64,000 nucleotides of DNA from Candidatus Kerfeldbacteria bacterium (GTDB lineage: Bacteria; Patescibacteriota; Patescibacteriia; SBBC01). The stretch spans positions 10,716-74,715 of the forward strand of contig JAZDNT010000002.1 of the NCBI GenBank assembly GCA_043799405.1. Reading direction: 5' to 3'. The translations under genes and the position numbers were made by a program. Of this stretch, positions 56,028 to 64,000 are shown one piece after another (the stretch's first letter is position 1; every line of letters begins with the position of its first letter). The notes under the pieces are model-generated. The model did not search any database and was not told where the DNA came from. It saw nothing but the letters and a program-made list of their open reading frames with translations.

Positions 56028-59000
56028 CCGTGCGCGCGTGTCGCTGGTTTCTCGGACCCGCACTGCTACTCCTGGTGACATTTGGTGCGGCATGTGCACA
56101 GACAGTGGTGCCGAGTACGCCAACATCGCTCGACATGATCCGGCTCGAACCGTGCGGTGGTGAACCCGTTGGATTGGTTCTCGATACGATGAAGACGGTT
56201 GCCGAACGGCAGTCGTACCTCATCTATACGCGGATCGATATGAATGGGTCGACGCCAACGTATCGGCTGCCGAACCTTCGGGACGACCTCTCGTTCGGTT
56301 TCGGACTCTGGGGTCAGGCCTCGCATGGTCACTTCAACGACTTCGATCCCTACTCGCTCAATCAGTGGGGTTTCGCGGTCGAGCTCTGGCCGACATCAGA
56401 CGAGGCGGTGGCTGCGGGGTTGTACTACTACAACAACGGAATCTTCCAGCTGGGCGACTTCTTCATCGTCGAACAGTTGAACCAGTCCTGGCACAACTAC
56501 GCGCTCTGCGTGACGCCTCAGTTCGTGCGACGCTACTTCTATGACTGGCAGACGCTGGTCTACGATGTAACGTGCTCGAGCCTGTTGTATGCGCATGCGT
56601 GGCACGATACAACAAGGAGTCGTTCAGCGCGTGTTCGTCTCGGGTACCAGGGGGTGTGCATCGATCAGGGAGTTCCCTGTAACGCACGTGAAGACGAGAA
56701 CAACCTGTTCAAGAACATGGACGGTACGCTGAACAACGGGCACCTGTCCGTCTACCAGGCAATGAACTATATGTGCGGCGGATCATTGCTGCGCGTGTAT
56801 TCGGGTGACAACCAGCACACGTACCTGTCGCCCTCGGTCGACGAGGGGCTGAGCTACATGCCCTCGACGATCAACAGCAGGACGACGGCCAGGATCGTAT
56901 TTCCGGTCGACATGGATCGAAGCATCGATCCGTACGGATACGTGCTGGGGACACCGGCAGTACGGGCGTACAACCCGCGCTGGGTGAATCCTCGCGAACT
57001 CCAGGTCACACTGGTCGGGCGCAGACAGGACTACGGCAAGTGGATCGTCAGGGCATACGATCCATTTGCGAGTCCGGTGCTGTTCGCCGCCCGGTCAGAT
57101 TCCGGATTGATTCCCATGGATGGTGACGGCAAGTTGTTCAACCGGGACTCGTTGTCGAGAAGCGTCTACAGCAACTACGTAGACGTCGATCCAGCGGCTT
57201 CGGTCTACAGCTACACCGTCACCCGGAAGGGCGCCGACGTCGTCGTCCGCTGGAAGGCTAGTCAGGAAAGCGCGACTGAGAAGTATTTGATCTTGGTCGG
57301 ACCGACCGCGACCGGACCCTTCGAGCAGAAGGCCGAAGTTCAGGCCGATGCCGGCACCTACATGGTGACCATCTCGGGCGGCCCCGACGCGTACTACGAT
57401 CTTGTCGAGGTCGGAAAGAGCGGTGAAACGCGTGACGTATGTGCCGAGCCGGTCAGCGCGACGGAACCAGTCCTCCAAGACGGATCCGTGACGGTGACGG
57501 CAGAGCAGTTCGCCCACGCCGACTCGTTGCTTTCCGTAGCACAGATGTACCGGGCACAGAACCGCAGCGAATCAACGTGGGACTCGGATCAGTACCGGAT
57601 CTTCACGTTGCGCAAGTATCAGCGCCCGGTCGAGTGGCTCCGTGACTTTTGGAACATGGTCGGACTATCGACCGAGGTGAAGTACATCGAAGACCTCGGC
57701 GGCCCGCTCGGCATCCAGACGTACTCGGACAACCACCTGGAGATGACCGCGGCGCTGCTCGCGGGAGATGCAAGCGAGACCAGTGATCCCTACGGCAACC
57801 TCATCATCCAGAACCCGTCGAACTGGGATACGTTGGGAATTGGCCATATGCCCACGCTGCCGTTGCAGCCTGAGCTCAACCAGATCCCGCTGTTCTACCG
57901 CGTATCTCCAGACTCGGTCTCGATGGCGATGCCGTACTGGCGACGCTACTACGGGAGCCCGCTGCCGTACTTCGATCGCAACCGGAACGGGAAGCCGGAT
58001 GACGGCATCCGTTTCGGAGTTGCTCCGGTCTCGGATACCACCGAGTTCTGGGGTTTCGCGATCAAGACGGCGAATGCGTACTTCCAGTGGGAGGGACGTC
58101 GTCGAGTCGATCTGTGGGGATACTTCCGCGGCGGAACGTCGGACGAGTGGCGGTATGCGCTTGCACTGCTCGATTCGCTCGAGAAGTCCCTACCGTCGTA
58201 CACCATCGACATCGCGCGCCTGACCGACTCGTACCTGCACGTCATGACGCCGCCGCAGCGACAATTTCAGGCGATCGAGAGGTTCAACGCCAGTCCGATC
58301 CTCATCATCACCGGGTCGATCTACGACGAGATGTACAGCTTGGGCAAGTTTTTGCAGGCGGATGAGGGAGCGCGTCCGTCGCAGTTGGCTCCCAATCCTA
58401 GTGGACCGACAGCCATGATCCGGGGCTGTGGAGGTACGGCCTATAACCTGACGCAAGATCCAGCGATCGGCGAACCGCAGATGGAGCCGCTCCTGTTCAC
58501 TCCGGACCGGGGCGCGTACCTCATCTGGGGACCGAACATGGGTTCCGATGCCAGGGGCAACAACCTGATCATCGAAAAGGCGATATCGATCCTGTTCGCG
58601 AATCCGTACGGCCCTCCGGTGTGGCATCCGTTCGGGGACATCACGAACGAGACGCTCTGCTGGATCATCGACAACCATCCGGAGCTCGCTGAGCTGGCGT
58701 GGCAGTGGATACTACTCGGGGATCCGAACCTGATCATCAAGACCCCCGGCCCGCCGGTCGTGAGCGTAGCATCGCAACAGCTTCAACCTTCACTCTCGGC
58801 CTTCCCGAATCCCAGTCGGAATCTGACGGTCCAGTTCACCCTTGCACGTCCGGACGATGTCCATCTCGAGGTCTACGATGTTCAGGGGCGGCGTGTCGCT
58901 ACGCTCGCGTCGGGGCATTACGAGGCCGGCCAGCGGACCATCAGCTGGCACGGTCAGAACGACGACGGCGTCACCCTTGCGAGCGGTCTCTACCTCGTAC

Positions 59001-59053
59001 GGTTGCGGTCGTCACAGCTCAACACCGAGCGCAAGGTGATCTGGTTGCACTAA
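56024..59053 (+). CDS. Large secreted protein with degenerate peptidase C25-like region and FlgD-Ig/T9SS-like C-terminal domain
   Basis: LLAGD, RGC, RGAYLIWG, WILLGDPNL; FPNPS..LEVYDVQGRRVATL..WHGQND.G..LASGLYLVRL. Confidence 0.75.
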   Translation: MTVRACRWFLGPALLLLVTFGAACAQTVVPSTPTSLDMIRLEPCGGEPVGLVLDTMKTVAERQSYLIYTRIDMNGSTPTYRLPNLRDDLSFGFGLWGQASHGHFNDFDPYSLNQWGFAVELWPTSDEAVAAGLYYYNNGIFQLGDFFIVEQLNQSWHNYALCVTPQFVRRYFYDWQTLVYDVTCSSLLYAHAWHDTTRSRSARVRLGYQGVCIDQGVPCNAREDENNLFKNMDGTLNNGHLSVYQAMNYMCGGSLLRVYSGDNQHTYLSPSVDEGLSYMPSTINSRTTARIVFPVDMDRSIDPYGYVLGTPAVRAYNPRWVNPRELQVTLVGRRQDYGKWIVRAYDPFASPVLFAARSDSGLIPMDGDGKLFNRDSLSRSVYSNYVDVDPAASVYSYTVTRKGADVVVRWKASQESATEKYLILVGPTATGPFEQKAEVQADAGTYMVTISGGPDAYYDLVEVGKSGETRDVCAEPVSATEPVLQDGSVTVTAEQFAHADSLLSVAQMYRAQNRSESTWDSDQYRIFTLRKYQRPVEWLRDFWNMVGLSTEVKYIEDLGGPLGIQTYSDNHLEMTAALLAGDASETSDPYGNLIIQNPSNWDTLGIGHMPTLPLQPELNQIPLFYRVSPDSVSMAMPYWRRYYGSPLPYFDRNRNGKPDDGIRFGVAPVSDTTEFWGFAIKTANAYFQWEGRRRVDLWGYFRGGTSDEWRYALALLDSLEKSLPSYTIDIARLTDSYLHVMTPPQRQFQAIERFNASPILIITGSIYDEMYSLGKFLQADEGARPSQLAPNPSGPTAMIRGCGGTAYNLTQDPAIGEPQMEPLLFTPDRGAYLIWGPNMGSDARGNNLIIEKAISILFANPYGPPVWHPFGDITNETLCWIIDNHPELAELAWQWILLGDPNLIIKTPGPPVVSVASQQLQPSLSAFPNPSRNLTVQFTLARPDDVHLEVYDVQGRRVATLASGHYEAGQRTISWHGQNDDGVTLASGLYLVRLRSSQLNTERKVIWLH

Positions 59054-59136
59054 GGAGGTGGTGCGATCGAGTTCTGACCGCTGTTGCAGTACCGTTCCCG
59101 CAGTTAGTTTATGATGCAGCTCTTTGGAGGTGAACC

Positions 59137-59298
59137 ATGAATCGTAAGACCTTGGTCCGTCTCGGCTTGGCGTTGCTCACCTGTGCCTTCCTGGCCGGGT
59201 GCAGCGAGCCCCCGACGGCGCCCGAGGACGAGGGCGGTGGCGACACGACGGGCACCGGCAAGAACGTCGTGGAGCGGGTCCTCGGCGCGCTGTCGTAG
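59137..59298 (+). CDS. Small lipoprotein (53 aa, absent from ORF track)
   Basis: MNRKTLVRLGLALLTCAFLAGC-SEPPTAP; GGAGGT SD. Confidence 0.75.
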   Translation: MNRKTLVRLGLALLTCAFLAGCSEPPTAPEDEGGGDTTGTGKNVVERVLGALS

Positions 59299-59468
59299 GT
59301 CGAGCCGTATCAGCATCACAGAAGAATAGACCAAGCAGTAGGCTGTGAGCAGCCCGCATCTTTGGTCACGCACCTGTTTCCGAAACTAGGGAGCAAATAC
59401 TTTGACCAAGCGGTACTATACCGGCGAGGTCCCCCAACGCTCCGGTTTTGAGGGAAACAAAGCATTAC

Positions 59469-59511
59469 CCGGGTGTTCAACGCGTCGCGTTGGGCACCCG
59501 GATTCTTTTTT
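59469..59511 (+). terminator. Intrinsic terminator (possibly bidirectional)
   Basis: ccgggtgttcaacgcg/cgcgttgggcacccgg followed by a T-tract. Confidence 0.7.
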
Positions 59512-59885
59512 TACTGGCTCGGTTGTTTACGGGGCGAGCCTCTTTCCGGTATACGGCTTCGTTCGTCGAGGTAGGCGAGGATGCTCGCTATACCGATTAT
59601 CGCATAGACGTATGTGATGTACGTGGCGAGATCGATGAAACCGAGCAGCGAATCGAGCCCTGCAAAACCGAGAACGGAAAGCAGGGACCCGCCGACCCCA
59701 AGCCCTAAGAGGTATGTTTTCAGATGCGTCGCCATGAACAGCCCGAGAAGACCGATCGCGATGTGGACAAGCGACTGCGCGACGCCGAACTTTACGTCAT
59801 AGGGGAACGTGATGAAAAAGTTCAGTACCCCGATAGTGACGAGGAGCAACGCGGAGACGAGTGCGGTGATGTTGAATCTTTTCAT
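59511..59885 (-). CDS. Four-TM membrane protein (DUF4383-like)
   Basis: Hydrophobic ORF with SLVHIAIGLLGL. Confidence 0.7.
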   Translation of the reverse strand: MKRFNITALVSALLLVTIGVLNFFITFPYDVKFGVAQSLVHIAIGLLGLFMATHLKTYLLGLGVGGSLLSVLGFAGLDSLLGFIDLATYITYVYAIIGIASILAYLDERSRIPERGSPRKQPSQ

Positions 59886-60174
59886 GATGATATTATTCTA
59901 TTCGCAGATCTCTGATACCGGCTGGCGGAGCCCTGTCGTAGTTGAGTAGGAAGAGCGCGTTCGGTACGACCGTGTTGGGTACATCTGATAAACCCGAACG
60001 GATACAATCGTTCCTATCATCACAACCAGTCCGATATTGTTTCGTGTACGTCTGTGATCTCGCTTGCGCTGAGATGGACAATAAGAATGATACCAAAAAA
60101 GCGCTGCGAACAGTAGTATATATCACTTTACGGTGAGCGAATATTATGGTACAGTAACGCAGTTACTGTCGCGT

Positions 60175-62436
60175 ATGGCACCCAACAACCGCGAGTCGTT
60201 AGCAACGAAAAAACAGGGCGAGCAGGTCGCGTCGAAACGTCGCGCTGAATCGCTCAAACCGGAAACACGTCACGGCATCACCGTCGTGGTGCTCTTCACG
60301 ATCGCGGCACTCTGTATTTTAAGCCTCTTCAATCTAGCCGGCCCTCTCGGCACCCAGATCGACCGTGCGCTGACGTTGCTGACGGGCGGTTTACGGTATG
60401 TTATACCGATAGTCTTCATTGTTTTCGGCTACCTTTTCCTATTCCCCGAAAGGTATCGCGTACGGACCTCAATGTACGTAGGGCTATCACTGTTCCTTAC
60501 GAGCGGAACTGCGCTGCTGCACCTCGGTGTATCTCAGATCGAGGCAGTTTCGCCGATTGCCGACGGTCGCGGGGGCGGCTACCTCGGACTCGTGTTGAGC
60601 TATCCGTTACGCGCGGTGACCGGCTCGATCGCGTCGTTCATAATCCTGTTAGCTCTTCTGATCATTTCACTGCTGGTCATGTTCAATACAACGCTTGAAG
60701 CCTTAGCTTCGCGGGGGAACTTCATCGGGAACTGGTATGGCGCTCTCCGTTCATCGTGGTACCGGATGCAGTACAAGCTTGAGCGCCGAAGGGATCTTTC
60801 CCGCGAGCCCGAACAGGAGGGTCAGGGTACCGATGTGTCGCCAGCACCCGACGAGGCATCATTTACCGCAACGACCGTACCGGGTGCTCCGGCAGCCGAT
60901 GGGGCTGCAAAGATACAGCCGAAGCTTTTTGAGCAGCCCGTAAAGAAGCAGCGCCGTACGATCGAGATCCCGCTTGAGCTCCTCGATAGCCACCAGTCAA
61001 AGCCGATACAGAGCAGGATCGAAGAGAAGAAAGAACTCATTCGCAAGACACTCGAGACCTTTGGGATCGCCGTTGAAATGGATGCGGTAAACGTCGGGCC
61101 AACGGTGACCCAGTTCACGCTTAAGCCTTCCGAGGGCGTAAAACTGAGCCAGATCACGACCCTGCATAATGATCTGTCGCTGGCGCTTGCGGCACACCCA
61201 ATAAGGATCGAGGCGCCAATCCCAGGCATGTCCCTTGTCGGCATCGAGGTTCCGAACGAATCCGTCGCGATCGTGAACCTCCGCAACATCCTTGAGTCAG
61301 AATCGTTCAAGAAACGGAAGTCCAGTCTTACGTTCGCGCTCGGTAAAGACGTTGCCGGAAAGCCGTGGACGGCGAACCTTGACCCGATGCCGCACCTGCT
61401 GATCGCCGGCGCTACGAACTCAGGCAAGTCGGTGATGCTTAATTCATTGATTGTGTCGCTTCTGTACTCGAACTCGCCGGACGATCTGAAGATCATCCTC
61501 ATCGATCCGAAGCGCGTCGAATTCACGGTGTACAACGACGTGCCGCACCTTTTAACGCCCGTCATTACCGAGACCCAAAAGACCGTCAATGCATTGAGGT
61601 GGATCGTCGGTGAGATGGACCATCGCTTCCGAGTGCTCTCGGCAAGCGGGAAGCGCAACATTCAGGCGTACCACCAGGATATCGGCGACGACATGCCGTA
61701 CATTGTTCTCGTTATAGACGAACTTGCCGACCTTATGGCCGTTGCCGCTTTAGAAGTTGAGGGCGCCATCATACGGCTTGCACAAATGGCGCGTGCGGTC
61801 GGGATCCACCTCGTCGTCGCGACGCAGCGTCCGAGCGTGAACGTCATTACCGGCCTCATCAAGGCGAACATCACCGCCCGTATTGCGTTTAACGTCGCTT
61901 CTGCGGTGGATTCGCGCACCATCCTCGATAACTCTGGCGCAGAAAAGCTTCTGGGTAAGGGCGACATGCTTTTCGTATCGAGCGAACTATCAAAACCGAA
62001 ACGGCTTCAAGGTGCCTACCTATCGGATACGGAAATCCAACGTGTCGCCGACTACCTTAAAGAAAGGGCAAAGCCGGATTACCTTCCCGAGGTCATCGAA
62101 AAACCTACCGTAGCACAAGGCGAGAACGCCGGAGCGTATGAAGAATTCGGTGAGGATGAGCTCCTTGCCGAAGCGAAGGACCTTATCCTTCGTTCGGGAA
62201 AGGCGTCCGCGTCGTTCCTCCAGCGTCGATTACGGATCGGGTACGCGCGCGCCGCACGGATCCTCGACCTTCTTGAAGAACGCGGCATCATCGGCCCTGG
62301 CGAAGGCGCGAAGCCTCGTGAGATCCTGATCAGCCGCGGTGAGTTTGAGGGCACCGAGCTCGTCGATGATGATACAGATGACGAGGGTGTTGATGGCTCA
62401 GCGGATCGGCCTCACAGCGGGGAGCCGACGGCGTAA
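60175..62436 (+). CDS. ftsK: DNA translocase FtsK/SpoIIIE
   Basis: 4-TM N-terminus, IRIEAPIPG, AGATNSGKSV, IDELADLM, ATQRPS, gamma domain LQRRLRIGYARAAR. Confidence 0.96.
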   Translation: MAPNNRESLATKKQGEQVASKRRAESLKPETRHGITVVVLFTIAALCILSLFNLAGPLGTQIDRALTLLTGGLRYVIPIVFIVFGYLFLFPERYRVRTSMYVGLSLFLTSGTALLHLGVSQIEAVSPIADGRGGGYLGLVLSYPLRAVTGSIASFIILLALLIISLLVMFNTTLEALASRGNFIGNWYGALRSSWYRMQYKLERRRDLSREPEQEGQGTDVSPAPDEASFTATTVPGAPAADGAAKIQPKLFEQPVKKQRRTIEIPLELLDSHQSKPIQSRIEEKKELIRKTLETFGIAVEMDAVNVGPTVTQFTLKPSEGVKLSQITTLHNDLSLALAAHPIRIEAPIPGMSLVGIEVPNESVAIVNLRNILESESFKKRKSSLTFALGKDVAGKPWTANLDPMPHLLIAGATNSGKSVMLNSLIVSLLYSNSPDDLKIILIDPKRVEFTVYNDVPHLLTPVITETQKTVNALRWIVGEMDHRFRVLSASGKRNIQAYHQDIGDDMPYIVLVIDELADLMAVAALEVEGAIIRLAQMARAVGIHLVVATQRPSVNVITGLIKANITARIAFNVASAVDSRTILDNSGAEKLLGKGDMLFVSSELSKPKRLQGAYLSDTEIQRVADYLKERAKPDYLPEVIEKPTVAQGENAGAYEEFGEDELLAEAKDLILRSGKASASFLQRRLRIGYARAARILDLLEERGIIGPGEGAKPREILISRGEFEGTELVDDDTDDEGVDGSADRPHSGEPTA

Positions 62437-62438
62437 GA

Positions 62439-63116
62439 ATGGCACTGTTTAAGGAAAAAAAGATCGGGGCGACGGATACCCTCGGAGAACGTCTTCGTCG
62501 TGTCCGTGAGGAAGCCGGACTAACACTCGAAAATCTTGCAGGAAGAACAGGGATTAGTATAAAGCATCTCACAGCGATTGAGGAGGGTCGATACGGCGAT
62601 CTTCCCGGCGAGGTGTACGCTCGCAACTTTGTTCGCCAGTACGCAAAGATCCTCCAGGTAAGCGAGGAGACCGCGATCGGTATGTTCGAACACGAGCATA
62701 CGGTCGCGATCAACCTTGCCCCAGCGCCGATTCCCGACCCTGCGAAGCCCGTTAGAATCCGGGCATATATTACACCGCAGGGGATACGCTGGGCCGCCGT
62801 TCTATTGCTCGGAATCGCGATTTTGGTATACTTGGGGCTGGAACTTCGGAACTTCACCTCACCGCCATCGCTCATTATCGATTCGCCGCCTGCACAGTAT
62901 ACGACTGAGTCCCACTCGGTCGAGATACGGGGCATGACCGACCCGGAGGTCACCGTGATGGTCAATGGTCGTGCGATCCTCGTCGACTACCAAGGGAGGT
63001 TTCAGGAGCTCATTGATCTTCAGGACGGACTCAACACCATCGTTATCACGGCACAGAACAAACGTGGCCGTACAACGACCGAGGTGAGACAGATACTCGT
63101 CGAACCATCGTCATAA
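62439..63116 (+). CDS. RodZ-like HTH protein with TM and Ig-like domain
   Basis: LGERLRRVRE..LTAIEEG..LPGEVYARNFVRQYA, TM, GLNTIVITA. Confidence 0.85.
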   Translation: MALFKEKKIGATDTLGERLRRVREEAGLTLENLAGRTGISIKHLTAIEEGRYGDLPGEVYARNFVRQYAKILQVSEETAIGMFEHEHTVAINLAPAPIPDPAKPVRIRAYITPQGIRWAAVLLLGIAILVYLGLELRNFTSPPSLIIDSPPAQYTTESHSVEIRGMTDPEVTVMVNGRAILVDYQGRFQELIDLQDGLNTIVITAQNKRGRTTTEVRQILVEPSS

Positions 63117-63146
63117 ACTAATTCAGTGGCGCATGAGAGGACACGT

Positions 63147-64000
63147 ATGACTAAAGAACGAACGAAAGGGGATCCCGAAGGCGAGCGGGCAAAGGCCGCC
63201 CTCGCAGCGATCGAACAGATCCGTGAACGCTTCGGTTCCGGTTCGATCATGAAGCTCGGCGAAGCGAAGGCGATGCAGGTTGACGTTGTGAGCACCGGCA
63301 GTCTATCGCTCGACATTGCGCTCGGCGTTTTCGGCGTACCGCGCGGACGGGTCATCGAGATTTTCGGTCCGGAAGCATCGGGAAAGACGACGCTTGCCCA
63401 GCACATCGTCGCAGAGGTCCAGCGCGCCGGAGGCACTGCAGCGTTCATCGATGCGGAGCATGCGCTCGATCCATCGTACGCAAAGAAGATCGGCATCAAC
63501 ATCGACGATCTCCTGATTAGCCAGCCTGATACCGGAGAACAGGCGCTGGAGATCCTTGAGACGCTCGTCCGTTCGAATGGCGTCGATGTCGCGGTCGTTG
63601 ATTCTGTCGCGGCCCTGACGCCGAAGGCGGAGATCGAGGGCGAGATGGGTGAACCGCAGATGGGCCTTCAGGCGCGTCTCATGAGCCAGGCGCTCAGGAA
63701 GCTCACCGCAATCGTCTCGAAATCGAAGACCATCGTCATCTTCATCAACCAGACGCGCATGAAGATCGGCGTGTTCTTCGGCAACCCGGAGACGACGACC
63801 GGCGGCATGGCGCTCAAGTTCTATTCATCGGTCCGCATCGAGGTGCGCCGTATCGGCCAGCTTAAGGTCGGCGACAAGGTGATCGGTAACCGTGTCGTCG
63901 CGAAGGTCGTAAAGAACAAGGTCGCAGCGCCGTTCCGGTCAACCGAGTTCGATATCCTCTACAACGAGGGCATCTCGAAGGAGGGCGACGCCCTCGACAC
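63147..64000 (+). CDS. recA: Recombinase RecA (runs off the window end)
   Basis: [55 protein letters not shown]. Confidence 0.98.
   Translation, partial: MTKERTKGDPEGERAKAALAAIEQIRERFGSGSIMKLGEAKAMQVDVVSTGSLSLDIALGVFGVPRGRVIEIFGPEASGKTTLAQHIVAEVQRAGGTAAFIDAEHALDPSYAKKIGINIDDLLISQPDTGEQALEILETLVRSNGVDVAVVDSVAALTPKAEIEGEMGEPQMGLQARLMSQALRKLTAIVSKSKTIVIFINQTRMKIGVFFGNPETTTGGMALKFYSSVRIEVRRIGQLKVGDKVIGNRVVAKVVKNKVAAPFRSTEFDILYNEGISKEGDALD

Noticed and set aside
59893-60126. 77-aa minus-strand ORF
   Set aside because: GTG start with no SD and no recognisable motif; cannot be supported

Overview
Window of a Patescibacteria (CPR)-like chromosome, probably of ABY1/Parcubacteria type (inferred from gene content and protein families). 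Core genes: polA, holA, rpsT, uvrB, ruvA, a FemAB-family gene, ddl, guaB, murE, rpoB, rpoC, ftsK, a RodZ-like gene, partial recA, a PilB/PilC/minor-pilin operon and several large surface proteins. Three things stand out. (1) A family of 26-42 nt GC-rich hairpin mini-elements, often ending CAAG/CAGG, sits inside or against tRNA genes at three loci. Three copies interrupt tRNA D-stems at the same position (12/13), and a small GIY-YIG nuclease gene is bracketed by these hairpins plus duplicated tRNA 3' ends, suggesting a tRNA-targeting mobile system. (2) Accessory transcription units have 17-18 bp-spaced sigma70 promoters, strong Shine-Dalgarno sites and hairpin terminators, unlike the SD-poor or leaderless core genes. 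They encode diderm-type proteins and degenerate enzymes (STAS, PurH N-domain, Prs, FabZ, C25/FlgD protein, lipoproteins, OMP-like). (3) An array of atypical or broken tRNAs and several orphan structured-RNA candidates. A serine-recombinase island lies at tRNA-Arg(CCG). All calls come from reading the sequence; no searches were run.
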